Of a stretch of DNA of 64,000 nucleotides, positions 51,862 to 61,786 are shown in pieces. Below the pieces are notes generated by a model, which saw only the letters and a program-made list of their open reading frames with translations, was not told the origin of the DNA and made no database searches. The stretch is taken from assembly GCA_009691415.1 (NCBI GenBank), contig SICP01000005.1, positions 2,940 to 66,939 of the forward strand, in the 5' to 3' direction. The first letter of the stretch is position 1. Each line of letters begins with the position of its first letter. Both the position numbers and the translations under genes were made by a program. This DNA comes from Candidatus Margulisiibacteriota bacterium (GTDB lineage Bacteria; Margulisbacteria; Marinamargulisbacteria; SXXA01; SICP01).

Positions 51862-52272
51862 ATGAAATCTCCTTTCTATCGTTTTTCTTTGCTTTCAAAA
51901 ACGTTGCTATGCTTCTTTTTAGCTACTATGTGCATCTTTACTCTTTTCTTTTCTACCGCATCCTTTACTGAATTTTGTACGGCACATCATGATTTAACTA
52001 ATGCTGGTAATTTTCACCATGATATAGAAGAAACTTTTTCTCTTAAGCCAGACATCCACATGCATCATCACAATTCTGATGAAGAACACACTCATTCTCA
52101 TGAACATACATTGTCTTTTGAGACCCTTTTTTTAGGGAGTATTTCAACTGTTACACTTTTTTCTATTCTGCCTATTCTTATAAATTGCATGGGGTGCTTT
52201 CCTTTTTCACTCCCTAGAAAACTCTATTTATTGTCTATATTTCGACCTCCAAAATTCTCTTTTTCGATTTAG
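51862..52272 (+). CDS. His-rich small membrane protein
   Basis: N-terminal TM segment, then HHDLTNAGNFHHDIEE...HMHHHNSDEEHTHSHEH and a second TM segment; sits upstream of the RND pump. Confidence 0.45.
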   Translation: MKSPFYRFSLLSKTLLCFFLATMCIFTLFFSTASFTEFCTAHHDLTNAGNFHHDIEETFSLKPDIHMHHHNSDEEHTHSHEHTLSFETLFLGSISTVTLFSILPILINCMGCFPFSLPRKLYLLSIFRPPKFSFSI

Positions 52273-52365
52273 TTCATCCTCTAAAACTTATTTTTGTGAC
52301 GCTAACCTATCCGGTGCTTTCTTGATAGGCATCGTTCCCTTATCTCATCCGAAAGGAGCTTATAT

Positions 52366-55300
52366 GTGTTAAATGCGTTAATTCGATATTCTTTAAAAAA
52401 CCGTTTTTTGATTTTACTCATTGCGATCGTGATGATGGCATATGGTTTTTGGGTGGGGGCTCATTTGCCTGTTGATGTTTTCCCTGACTTAAATCGACCC
52501 ACTGTCACTATTTTGACAGAAGCACATGGGTTGGCACCTGAAGAAGTAGAAACATTGGTGAGTCTACCTATTGAATCAGTCATGAATGGCGTCCCTGGCG
52601 CTACACGTATCCGATCATCAAGCGGAATTGGCATTTCGATCGTCCATGTAGAGTTTGCTTGGGGAACTGATATTTATCGCAACCGGCAATTTGTCGCAGA
52701 ACGGATCCAGTTATTAGGAGATCGTTTACCAGAAGGTATGCGGCCAATGATGGGACCCATTACCTCTATTATGGGAGAAATCCAGTTTATTGGATTAAGT
52801 GCTCCAGATAATAGTGTTTCTCCGATGGAACTTCGCACATTGGCAGATTGGGCAATACGTCCACGACTGATGGGTATTTCAGGGATTAGTCAGGTTGTTG
52901 TAATGGGCGGCGAAGTCAAGCAGTACAGAATCCTTGTCTCAAGTGATCTTCTACAGAAAAAAGGTATTTCTATGGAGGACTGTAAGCAAACCTTGTCAAA
53001 GATGAGTAATAATACGACAGGTGGGTTTATAGATATTCATGATCAGGAATATTTGATACGTCCTTTAGGTAGAGTTACCTCTCTAGAGGAAATCGAAAAT
53101 TCTGTTGTTGGGATTCACTTGGGAAAACCGGTTCTTGTCAAAGATGTGGCAAAAGTAGATATCGGAGCTAAGACAAAACGGGGTGAGGCTAGTATCAATG
53201 GACACCATTCTGTTGTTATGACAATTCAAAAACAACCGAATGCTAATACGATTGAATTGACAAAACAGATTGAAAAGACGCTTAAAGAAATGGAGAGAAC
53301 TCTGCCAAAGGGAGTCATTCTGAAAGCGGATCTTTTTAAACAATCTCGGTTTATCGAAGCGGCCAACAATAATGTTATAGAAGCCTTGAAAGATGGCGCT
53401 ATCATTATTGCGATTATTGTCTTTATTTTTCTTCTGAATGTTCGAAGTACGATGATTACACTTGTAACTATTCCGATATCACTTTTGCTGTCGGTGATCG
53501 TATTTAAGATGTTTAATCTTACAATCAATACGATGACATTGGGTGGCTTTGCGATTGCGATTGGAGAGCTTGTGGATGATGCCATTGTGGACATGGAAAA
53601 TGTCTTTCGACGATTACGAGAAAATCAAGCCAATGGTTCTCCAAAAGGCCGGCTTAGGGTGATTTATGAAGCCTCATCTGAAGTCAGAAACTCCATTATT
53701 TTTTCGACGATTACTGTTATTTTGGTGTTTCTTCCTCTCTTCTTTTTAGGCGGTATCGAAGGGCGGCTCTTTAAACCATTGGGTCTTGCTTACATAATTT
53801 CCTTGGTTGCCTCCCTCATCGTTTCTCTCACCGTTACGCCAGTACTTTGTTCATTTCTCTTAAAGGGTACGAAATTGCTGAGGAAAGAAAGCGATAATAG
53901 AGTCGTAATCTTTTTGAAATCTTGGCAAAAACGCATCCTAAGTACAACTTTAGATCATCCTTATAAAATCATGATGGGATGTTTGATTCTTGTCGTGTTG
54001 AGTTTATGTTTGATTCCTCAAATGGGTAAGAATTTTTTACCTCCTTTTAATGAGGGTACCGCAACAATTGGAGTCGCAGCCAGGCCAGGAATTAGCCTTT
54101 CCGCTTCGGATAAGTTGGGAATAGCTATTGAAAAGGCCATACTTGCTGTGCCAGAAGTAAAGTCTACGATACGGCGTACAGGTCGTGCTGAAATGGATGA
54201 ACATGCGGAAGGGGTTCACTGGAGTGAAATTGATGTGGACTTCAAGGAAGGTGGCCGTCCGAGAGAGATTGTACTGAAAGAGATTCGAGAAAATGTGGAA
54301 AAATGTGGGAATGTCTATGTCAATATCGGACAGCCCATTAGTCACCGCCTGGATCATTTGTTATCTGGAGTAAGGGCCCAGATCGCGGTTAAAATCTTTG
54401 GTACGGAATTGTCAGAATTGAGACGTCTTGGAGTTGAGATTGAAGATATTCTGAAAGATATTCCGGGCATTGTCGATCTGACATTGGAACCGAGTATTCC
54501 TATTCCTCAGCTTAAAATTTCCATTGATCGAGAAGCCGTTGCCCAATTGGGAATTAGTCCTGGGGAAGTTGTACAGGATTTGGAAGGGTATCTTAATGGT
54601 GAAACTGTCGCTCAGTTCATTGAAAAGCAGCAACTTTACGACATTGTCATGAGACTTGATGATGACTCTAGACGTAACCCTGATGCGATTGGCAACGTCT
54701 TGGTTAAAACCATGCCTAATGGGTATACAATTCAAGTAAAGGATATTGCGGATACCTATGAAAGTAGTGGCCCGAGTATGATCAATCGGGAAAATCTTCA
54801 GCGTAGAATTGTCATTTCAGCGAATACGCATGGTCGCGATTTAGGCAGCGTTGTGGAAGAGATCGAAAAGAGATTGGATGAAAAAATGAAAATACCGCAA
54901 GGGTATTATATTTCATTAGAAGGTCAATTTAAAAGTCAACAACAGGCAACAAAATTGATTTTGATCTTTGGCATTCTTTCTCTTCTCGCCATTATGGGAC
55001 TCCTGTATATGCAATTTAGGTCATGGGTATTAATGTTACAGATTATGCTGAATATACCGCTTGCACTTATTGGAAGTATTGTCGCAATTTACATCACAGA
55101 ACGACAATTTTCTGTGGCCACATTGATTGCCTTTATTACACTTTGCGGTATTGCAAGCCGTAATGGAATTATGATGATAAGTCACTATATTCATTTGGTA
55201 CAACATGAAGGTGAAACGTTTACCAAGGAATTTGTATTTCGCGGGGCCCAAGAAAGGTTAGTACCCGTATTAATGACGTCTTTTACTGCAGCACTTGCTT

Positions 55301-55506
55301 TGGTTCCACTTCTTTTGTCGAAGGGTGAGCCCGGCAAAGAAATCTTGTATCCGGTTGCTGTAGTCATTGTTGGAGGATTATTGTCCTCCACATTATTAGA
55401 TATTATTGTGACCCCCACCCTTTTTTACAAGTTCGGCCGTAAGGCAATTGAAAATCTAAGTAAAACATCAAAAAATTCGAAACAACAAGAAGGAGATTGG
55501 AAATGA
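52366..55506 (+). CDS. Heavy-metal efflux RND transporter, CzcA/CusA family
   Basis: 1046 aa, 12-TM RND architecture. N-terminus IRYSLKNRFLILLIA...PVDVFPDLNRPTVTILTEAHGLAPEEVE is typical of the HME-RND family. GTG start after AAAGGAG. Confidence 0.9.
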   Translation: MLNALIRYSLKNRFLILLIAIVMMAYGFWVGAHLPVDVFPDLNRPTVTILTEAHGLAPEEVETLVSLPIESVMNGVPGATRIRSSSGIGISIVHVEFAWGTDIYRNRQFVAERIQLLGDRLPEGMRPMMGPITSIMGEIQFIGLSAPDNSVSPMELRTLADWAIRPRLMGISGISQVVVMGGEVKQYRILVSSDLLQKKGISMEDCKQTLSKMSNNTTGGFIDIHDQEYLIRPLGRVTSLEEIENSVVGIHLGKPVLVKDVAKVDIGAKTKRGEASINGHHSVVMTIQKQPNANTIELTKQIEKTLKEMERTLPKGVILKADLFKQSRFIEAANNNVIEALKDGAIIIAIIVFIFLLNVRSTMITLVTIPISLLLSVIVFKMFNLTINTMTLGGFAIAIGELVDDAIVDMENVFRRLRENQANGSPKGRLRVIYEASSEVRNSIIFSTITVILVFLPLFFLGGIEGRLFKPLGLAYIISLVASLIVSLTVTPVLCSFLLKGTKLLRKESDNRVVIFLKSWQKRILSTTLDHPYKIMMGCLILVVLSLCLIPQMGKNFLPPFNEGTATIGVAARPGISLSASDKLGIAIEKAILAVPEVKSTIRRTGRAEMDEHAEGVHWSEIDVDFKEGGRPREIVLKEIRENVEKCGNVYVNIGQPISHRLDHLLSGVRAQIAVKIFGTELSELRRLGVEIEDILKDIPGIVDLTLEPSIPIPQLKISIDREAVAQLGISPGEVVQDLEGYLNGETVAQFIEKQQLYDIVMRLDDDSRRNPDAIGNVLVKTMPNGYTIQVKDIADTYESSGPSMINRENLQRRIVISANTHGRDLGSVVEEIEKRLDEKMKIPQGYYISLEGQFKSQQQATKLILIFGILSLLAIMGLLYMQFRSWVLMLQIMLNIPLALIGSIVAIYITERQFSVATLIAFITLCGIASRNGIMMISHYIHLVQHEGETFTKEFVFRGAQERLVPVLMTSFTAALALVPLLLSKGEPGKEILYPVAVVIVGGLLSSTLLDIIVTPTLFYKFGRKAIENLSKTSKNSKQQEGDWK

Positions 55507-55952
55507 AAAAGTTAATTTTAGGGTTGGTTTTATTATTGGGCACATCACTTACCGCACATGACGGGGGACATGGTCCATTTTTAACAGATTCACCCGTACA
55601 TGGGGGCGTTGTTGCTCCTGTCATTCAGGCTAGTAATGTCAAACTAGGTCGTAAGGCGTCTTTGATTTATAAGGGTGAATTACTTCGTTCAGAAGACGGT
55701 ACGGTTCGAGTGTATATCTACAATGCCAAGATGCAGATATTACCCTTATCTCAATTTGATAAAAAGGGGATTGCTATTCTCGAGTCAAAATCAAAAAAGG
55801 GCTGGGACAAGAAAGAATTTACATTAACTTTAGGAAAAGATTCTTTTGTGGGAGTACTTCCCAAAGGAAGCATACGTAAGCCCTACAATATAGACGTATT
55901 TGTAACTGAAAAAGGGAAAAAACTTTTGGTTGCTTTTGATAACTTAGACTAA
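55503..55952 (+). CDS. Small periplasmic protein with an N-terminal His motif (candidate metal chaperone)
   Basis: Signal peptide, then HDGGHGPFLTDSPVHGG and a beta-rich body. ATGA overlap with the RND stop. Far too short to be a membrane-fusion protein. Confidence 0.5.
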   Translation: MKKLILGLVLLLGTSLTAHDGGHGPFLTDSPVHGGVVAPVIQASNVKLGRKASLIYKGELLRSEDGTVRVYIYNAKMQILPLSQFDKKGIAILESKSKKGWDKKEFTLTLGKDSFVGVLPKGSIRKPYNIDVFVTEKGKKLLVAFDNLD

Positions 55953-55959
55953 AGTTTTA

Positions 55960-57267
55960 TTGGAGTCAGACAAGGAAATTGCCATCATGCAAATAAACTC
56001 TTTTTTAATCTGGCTCCTCCCTTTTCTTATGGGAGGAGTCATTATGGCAGAAAATCATACGGGTGCTCTTCGATATGAAGATATGGAACAGATCATTCGA
56101 GAAAACAATAAAAATGTACAGAGCGGAACCACCACAATTTTAGCCGCAAAAGCAAGAACAGGTTCTTTATTAAGATCTTTTTCGCCACTAATTACGGCCT
56201 CCTTAGGGAGTGAAGGATTTTATAATAACGGTCTTCAAGAGAGTCGTGTGCAACCTATTGGGAGTGTTGATATTTCTATGAATCTTTCGCGTGGAGGTCA
56301 AGACAGACAAGAAGAATTGATTCGCCAAGCGCAGGCAAGCCTTACTGAAGCCAATGCACAGAAAACATACACGTTAGCAGTCATGGCTGCACAGCTTTTA
56401 TATTGGGACATGAGTTATTTGGATGAAGTCATTCGAAATGCCCAAGCTATTCTCAAATACAATGTTAAAAGTTATAGTTCTGCTCAGCGCAGGCTTAGCC
56501 GAGGTCTTCTCACGCAAAGTGATTTGTTGGGTTTTGAAATTTATAAGGGTCAATTAGAAGAAGCGATTGAGAGTGCAGAACATGAGAAAAAAATACTCAT
56601 GATAAAACTCCAGACAATTTTGGGCGTGTCAGCGCCGATCACGCTACAAATTAGCTCCCTTCCCCATACCCATGATGAGACATTAATTCTCATGCCTCTT
56701 TCGGTGTCTGGATTATCGACTATACAAGAATTGAATATCAATAAAAGTATTTTAAAGCTACAGCAAGAAAAGCTCATGGGAAAGAATCGTCCCTCTATTG
56801 ATGTGTTCGCAGGCTACACCTTATATACAGAAGCAGAGAGACCTTTTTCTAATTGGATCGACAGAGCCGAATTGGCAGCGGGGATTAGGGCCCAGTTTCT
56901 TATTTATGACGGTAATCAATCACAGTCTGAGATGAGCGGGTACTCTTTACAACTTCAATCTGCGTCAGAATTTCTAAGCTATAAAACTCAGCAAATGGCG
57001 GCGGAACTTAAAGTGCGACAAGAAGAAATGATCCACCTTCACGAGCTCTTTCATTTATCCGAAAGCAGATTTTTGCAAACTCAAAAATTTATGGGTCAGA
57101 TCTTTGAGGATTATGATCGAGGCGTCAAGGATTCAAGCGATGTGTTAACTGCGATTCAGCTCTACCAACATGTTCTTGAAGCGTATGCCGTTCAACGCAG
57201 AGATTATCAAAAAATAAAATCTGAATTATTGGGATTAATTGCAACAAATGTAGTGGAGAAAAAATGA
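55960..57267 (+). CDS. Outer-membrane efflux protein (TolC/OEP family)
   Basis: Signal peptide; two-fold repeated coiled-coil/beta architecture typical of OMFs. The start could be ATG 55987. Confidence 0.7.
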   Translation: MESDKEIAIMQINSFLIWLLPFLMGGVIMAENHTGALRYEDMEQIIRENNKNVQSGTTTILAAKARTGSLLRSFSPLITASLGSEGFYNNGLQESRVQPIGSVDISMNLSRGGQDRQEELIRQAQASLTEANAQKTYTLAVMAAQLLYWDMSYLDEVIRNAQAILKYNVKSYSSAQRRLSRGLLTQSDLLGFEIYKGQLEEAIESAEHEKKILMIKLQTILGVSAPITLQISSLPHTHDETLILMPLSVSGLSTIQELNINKSILKLQQEKLMGKNRPSIDVFAGYTLYTEAERPFSNWIDRAELAAGIRAQFLIYDGNQSQSEMSGYSLQLQSASEFLSYKTQQMAAELKVRQEEMIHLHELFHLSESRFLQTQKFMGQIFEDYDRGVKDSSDVLTAIQLYQHVLEAYAVQRRDYQKIKSELLGLIATNVVEKK

Positions 57268-57434
57268 TTTTTGAAGTTTTAGTTACGTTCTTCTTGGTCG
57301 TTTTAAACGGATTTTTTGTTGCCGCTGAGTTTGCCATCGTCAAAGTAAGACCCTCTCAGGTTGAAGTCCATGCTCGTACTGGAAATCTTATGCCTAGGCT
57401 TGTTCATGACATTACAAAAAACTAGATTCAAGTA
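57264..57434 (+). pseudogene. N-terminal fragment of a CNNM/DUF21 (CorC/TlyC-type) membrane protein
   Basis: MIFEVLVTFFLVVLNGFFVAAEFAIVKVRPSQVE matches the DUF21 start, then stops after 56 codons. Confidence 0.55.
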
Positions 57435-57603
57435 GCCAGGCTACTTGAATGGCTACTTGAAATACGGACTGCGTTTCCAGATGGTTTTAAGACCTGCATT
57501 TTGCACCAACACTTTTTCAGCGACAAAGTTTCCAGTACCAGTATCTGTACCAGCAAAAGGAAAGATATGATTTTTTTGTCTAATCGCTTAAACTAAGTAT
57601 TCT

Positions 57604-57957
57604 ATGAAAAAGAACCTGCCTTTTCTTTTTTTAATACTTTTCTTCTTTTTAGGAACGTTATGTCCCAATATTTGTGGAGCAATCGAATCTGCTAACCAAG
57701 TGCATGCGCATGGTTGCTGTTCGAATCAAAATGCACCTGATGCACCGCCATGTTGCGATTCCCATGGTTCGGATATTTCTAAAGTAAGCTCTTCTCACCC
57801 CATCGTATTGTCAGATGTGGCATTTGTTATTCTCGGGAATATAGATTTACCAAAACAGTCTCTTGCACAAAAAAATCCCGCTACGATTATTCAGCTTTCA
57901 TTGCTACGCCCGCCTGATTATCTCATGTGCCTAAATACCCTAAGATTACTTTGTTAA
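57604..57957 (+). CDS. Secreted Cys/His-rich small protein
   Basis: Signal peptide; HAHGCCSNQNAPDAPPCCDSHGSD. Confidence 0.45.
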   Translation: MKKNLPFLFLILFFFLGTLCPNICGAIESANQVHAHGCCSNQNAPDAPPCCDSHGSDISKVSSSHPIVLSDVAFVILGNIDLPKQSLAQKNPATIIQLSLLRPPDYLMCLNTLRLLC

Positions 57958-58016
57958 ATCCTAAGTAAAACAAGTTTTATTTTTATACAAAAACTTAGTT
58001 TTAAAAGGAGCTTGAA

Positions 58017-58622
58017 ATGCGTATTTTTAGCCTTTGTTTATTACTGATTGGGGTTGCTCAGATTACGATGGCAACGCCCGTCATTTACCAGGATGGCAAA
58101 ATGTTAGATATCATAGTGGATTCAAAAAGCACGGATTCACAATTATTCTACAGTCTTACCTCACAAGTGGCCGTAGGATACCGTTATGTTCAGTATTCAA
58201 AAGACCCATCGGCTATGCATCTTGGCCAGGTAAATTTCTTGCTGAAACGGTGGAATGAGGAAGACTCTCAGGCCAATATTTATCTACTCGGTGGATTAGG
58301 TGCTCAAGATCACTCTGTAGAACCCTACGTGGGTATCGAAACAGATTGGGAAAATCGCAGGATCTATCTATCTGCTTTGGCAGAGACACTTGGTGGTAAT
58401 TCGTCGATGACTAAGTGGACTTTGAGAGCAGGCTTTGGTTCTTATTTAGCCGATTATTATGACTTGAATACCTGGTTTATTTTTCAGGCATCTCATATAG
58501 AATCAGCGCAAGAAAATGATACCTGGGTTATCCCTATGGTTCGTTTTTTTAAAGATAATATCTTGGTAGAGCTAGGTAGTAACGGCAAGATCCATTCCAC
58601 AACATTTAGAATTCATTTTTAA
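58017..58622 (+). CDS. Putative small outer-membrane beta-barrel protein
   Basis: Signal peptide, alternating beta pattern, C-terminal ..TFRIHF aromatic terminus; good SD. Confidence 0.45.
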   Translation: MRIFSLCLLLIGVAQITMATPVIYQDGKMLDIIVDSKSTDSQLFYSLTSQVAVGYRYVQYSKDPSAMHLGQVNFLLKRWNEEDSQANIYLLGGLGAQDHSVEPYVGIETDWENRRIYLSALAETLGGNSSMTKWTLRAGFGSYLADYYDLNTWFIFQASHIESAQENDTWVIPMVRFFKDNILVELGSNGKIHSTTFRIHF

Positions 58623-58634
58623 AGGAGATCTACT

Positions 58635-58928
58635 ATGAAAACAAAATTATTATGTTTGCTTTTAGTCAGCCTTATACTTTTTTCAACATCACTTATAGCC
58701 GAGACCCAAAAACCTATTACTGTAAAAGTAAAGGGTTTGGTATGTTCGTTTTGTGCGCAAGGGATCAAAAAGAAATTTTCAACATTTGATGCAGTAAAAT
58801 CTGTGCAAGTCAGTCTAGAAAAAAAGACAGTGGTTTTAGAACTTAATCCAGACAAAACCCTGGATGACAAAACCATCAAAACATCATTAGAGCAGGCTGG
58901 ATACGGCGTGACGAGGATTGAAAGATGA
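58635..58928 (+). CDS. Periplasmic heavy-metal-associated (HMA) protein, MerP-like
   Basis: Signal peptide plus VKVKGLVCSFCAQGIKKKF (CxxC HMA motif) and ..LEQAGYGV. Confidence 0.75.
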   Translation: MKTKLLCLLLVSLILFSTSLIAETQKPITVKVKGLVCSFCAQGIKKKFSTFDAVKSVQVSLEKKTVVLELNPDKTLDDKTIKTSLEQAGYGVTRIER

Positions 58929-59302
58929 AAGAACCCCTTCGCAAAGGCAGTTTATTTCTGACGCTCTTAAGTTCTAGCTCTACTCTTGTTTGCTGCACCA
59001 TCCCTGCGATATTCGTTGTGTTGGGTGCAGGCTCAACCGTAGTAGCTCTGGTTGGTATGTTTCCACAATTAATCTGCCTATCCGAACACAAGCCTATCTT
59101 ATTTTTATTGGGTGCAGTGATGTTGGCGATTTCAGGATTTATGCAGTGGAAACAACCTGCGTCATGTCCGATTGATCCAGTTCTTGCCCAGTCTTGTCGA
59201 ACTGTTAAGTATTGTTCTCGTTGGATTTGGGGGATTAGTTTTGTTTTATATATCATAGGGTTTGGTGTTTCCTATGTCCTACCGTTGTTGATGAACGAGT
59301 AG
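58925..59302 (+). CDS. MerT-family metal transport membrane protein
   Basis: Aligns by eye along the whole length to MerT: LVCCTIPAIFVVLGAG (CC..P in TM1), loop C....C pair, C-terminal G..YVLP. Confidence 0.72.
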   Translation: MKEPLRKGSLFLTLLSSSSTLVCCTIPAIFVVLGAGSTVVALVGMFPQLICLSEHKPILFLLGAVMLAISGFMQWKQPASCPIDPVLAQSCRTVKYCSRWIWGISFVLYIIGFGVSYVLPLLMNE

Positions 59303-59315
59303 AGGCATTGTATTG

Positions 59316-59355
59316 CCTGAGGCAGAGGTTTTTACCCTGTCTCAGGTATACTTTT
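59316..59355 (+). terminator. Hairpin terminator after the merT-like gene
   Basis: CCTGAGGCAG / CTGTCTCAGG (one mismatch) followed by TATACTTTT. Confidence 0.45.
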
Positions 59356-59616
59356 AATCAAACCTTTTTGGGAGAAAATAGGATCATATATTTTATTATT
59401 AAAATCATTATTTCAGCACTGATCTTTGCTTTAATTTGTGACTGTTGCAAAACAGACTAAAAAGAGAACATTTCCTTGAATTTCCATAAAAGCCGTAAAA
59501 AGCCATGAAGTTATCCACAGAATTGATGAAATACTCACATTTTTTTGTGAGTATTTAGAGAAGCCGGCGTAGATTTCCCTATGGGGCGCTATGTCCCTTG
59601 AAAAAGTGGGGGGCGT

Positions 59617-60230
59617 TTATGGTAACAAGACGTTTAACATTCCAAACGATGGCATCGAGAAATAACTGCGTCTGAACTTTGATGAGGCCACGATATTTTG
59701 CGTGCTTCTCAAACGATCTAGGTCTTTATTTTTAGCCTTCATATTTTGTTTCAGAATAGCGGCGCTGTAGGCACCACGTTTTTTCATGGCATCCTGAGCC
59801 TTGGCTAGACAGTAGGCCTTGTCTGCAAAAACCATTTCTAGGGCAGATCTGAGAAAAGCCTTCTTGATATGTCCTTTATAGCCAAAGCAGAATTTCTGCT
59901 TTCCCTTACACCCAAAACGGAGCGCATGATCACGGTTTCTTTTGGTCGATTGACAATGATCTTGAATAACAATTCAATGCCTTTTGTCCCAATAGAATTT
60001 CGGAATCGACAGAAAAAAGTATGGTCTGGTGTTATCTTAAAGGCAGTGAATCTACAAAGCCATCTAAAGGCAATATCAAATCGAAGTCGTGTCTCTAATT
60101 CACGATCCGATAGGTCATAATGAAATTGTAGATACAAGCATCGTATTTCTACATCTATGCCACTTCGCCCAACCTTTTTCTCAAAATTTTTAAACTGATA
60201 CATAAATTTCGAAAATCCTAGGATTTTCAA
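59617..60230 (-). pseudogene. IS5/IS4-superfamily transposase remnant (N-terminal DUF772-like part plus a short C-terminal piece)
   Basis: LSDRELETRLRFDIAFRWLCRF...PDHTFFCRFR, and a second ORF with FADKAY. The central DDE region is missing. Confidence 0.7.
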
Positions 60231-60290
60231 TCGTCCATAGCTTATGTTTTTCTGCCACTTGATCTTTTAAATCTATATCGCAACAGTCCC

Positions 60291-60432
60291 ATCTTTGGAG
60301 AAGAGGGGGCCACTTGGCTTAGGAGATATTTTTCAAGTTTTAGATCGCTCTTTGAATGAGAAAATCCGCCACCGCCTATAGAGATAATATGTTTACTGTT
60401 TTGCCTCGTGGGGTTTCTCCTCCGTGTGTAAG
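60291..60432 (-). pseudogene. Duplicated 5' fragment (RBS region plus about 45 codons) of the peptidase E gene
   Basis: KHIISIGGGGFSHSKSDLKLEKYLLSQVAPSSPK is identical to the N-terminus of 62966-63652. The ATG is destroyed; nucleotide match to 63537-63677. Confidence 0.75.
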
Positions 60433-60449
60433 TGGAATCGGGCTTAGGG

Positions 60450-61625
60450 TTATTTATTGAGATACTGCCTAATAAACAAAAATGCCCCAAGCAGTATGGG
60501 GATGGGAATCAAGATCAGTTTAGACCATCCTATTGTAAAAAGAAGCCATCCTGCGCTTAAACTTGCAATGGCTTGTGTCCCATAAACTAATGTGTCATTC
60601 AGTCCTTGCGCAGCGAATCTTTCGGGCCCGGTGAAGTATTGTGAAATCCCTGTAGATCCTGCCAGAAATAAAAAATTCCACCCGATTCCTAAAAGAACCA
60701 TAGACCACCAGTAGTCATGGCAGCTTGTGCTGTGATCGGCAATGCCAATACATATTAAAAATAATAGTATGCCAAAGCCAATTAATTTTCGGAGTCCAAA
60801 TCGCGTTAATAAAAACCCACTAAATAAAGACGGGAAATACATGGCAATGATATGACTCTGTATGGTCATCGTTGTAGCGGATGTTGAAATATGACAGATC
60901 GTATGCATTTGTAAGGGCGCAGAGGACATCAATAATGTCATCGTTACAAACGAAGAAATGCCACATAACGCACAGGCCCAGAAGAGGGGTTGATAGAGCA
61001 CTTTAAGAATAAAACTTTCTCCGGACGGTTCTTGTTTTTCAACGGGTGCACTTTTTGTATAAGGCAATGTCGTCATCAATATTATGAATAAAGTTAACCC
61101 CCCGAATAACAAGGCTAGCGATCCAATATATTCTCCACCCGCTATCAACGTACGCCCAAACTGAATCATCCAGGAGCCTATGATTGCGGCGGCTAAACCA
61201 AACATCAATATCCAAGAATGCACCAATGCTTTTTGATCACCTGCATTTTCCGCGGCAGTAAATCGTATTTGATTATTAAACGCACAGCCGAAGCCGGCTA
61301 TCAACGAGGAGAAACAAAATCCCCCAAAATAAAAAGTTTTGAGCGATAACCCAGCCAAACCAACCCCTGCCAATGTCACGAGAAGTCCCAAGATATGCCC
61401 CTGTTTTCTTCCTAAGCGCGACATCACCCAGGCAGACGTAGGGCTCCCTATCGCCAAGCCAACCACTACTAGCGAGATCGGCAAGGTTGAAAGGGTTAAT
61501 GTCGGAGATAATTGTGGCCCCAAGAGCCCACTTATAAGAAATAAAACCGGAACAGTAGACGCTGTAATCGCTTGCCCGATTAACAGAATGATTAATGCCC
61601 GATTGAATGTAGGAATGTAAGCCAT
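60450..61625 (-). CDS. MFS transporter
   Basis: 12 hydrophobic segments; SRLGRKQG motif-A-like loop. Start moved to ATG 61625 (MAYIPTFNRAL...). Confidence 0.8.
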   Translation of the reverse strand: MAYIPTFNRALIILLIGQAITASTVPVLFLISGLLGPQLSPTLTLSTLPISLVVVGLAIGSPTSAWVMSRLGRKQGHILGLLVTLAGVGLAGLSLKTFYFGGFCFSSLIAGFGCAFNNQIRFTAAENAGDQKALVHSWILMFGLAAAIIGSWMIQFGRTLIAGGEYIGSLALLFGGLTLFIILMTTLPYTKSAPVEKQEPSGESFILKVLYQPLFWACALCGISSFVTMTLLMSSAPLQMHTICHISTSATTMTIQSHIIAMYFPSLFSGFLLTRFGLRKLIGFGILLFLICIGIADHSTSCHDYWWSMVLLGIGWNFLFLAGSTGISQYFTGPERFAAQGLNDTLVYGTQAIASLSAGWLLFTIGWSKLILIPIPILLGAFLFIRQYLNK

Positions 61626-61786
61626 GAGAAAAGGATAACGGGATGGGGTAGCGCTGTAAATAAGATTATTAGTATTCAGGACAACGCATCGGGCTGAAGT
61701 AACTTTTATAGGGAATAGCAGACTGTTTAATAAGTTAAATGAGCAGTTGTATTTTAGACTAATACCATACAGTTCAGCATACTTCC

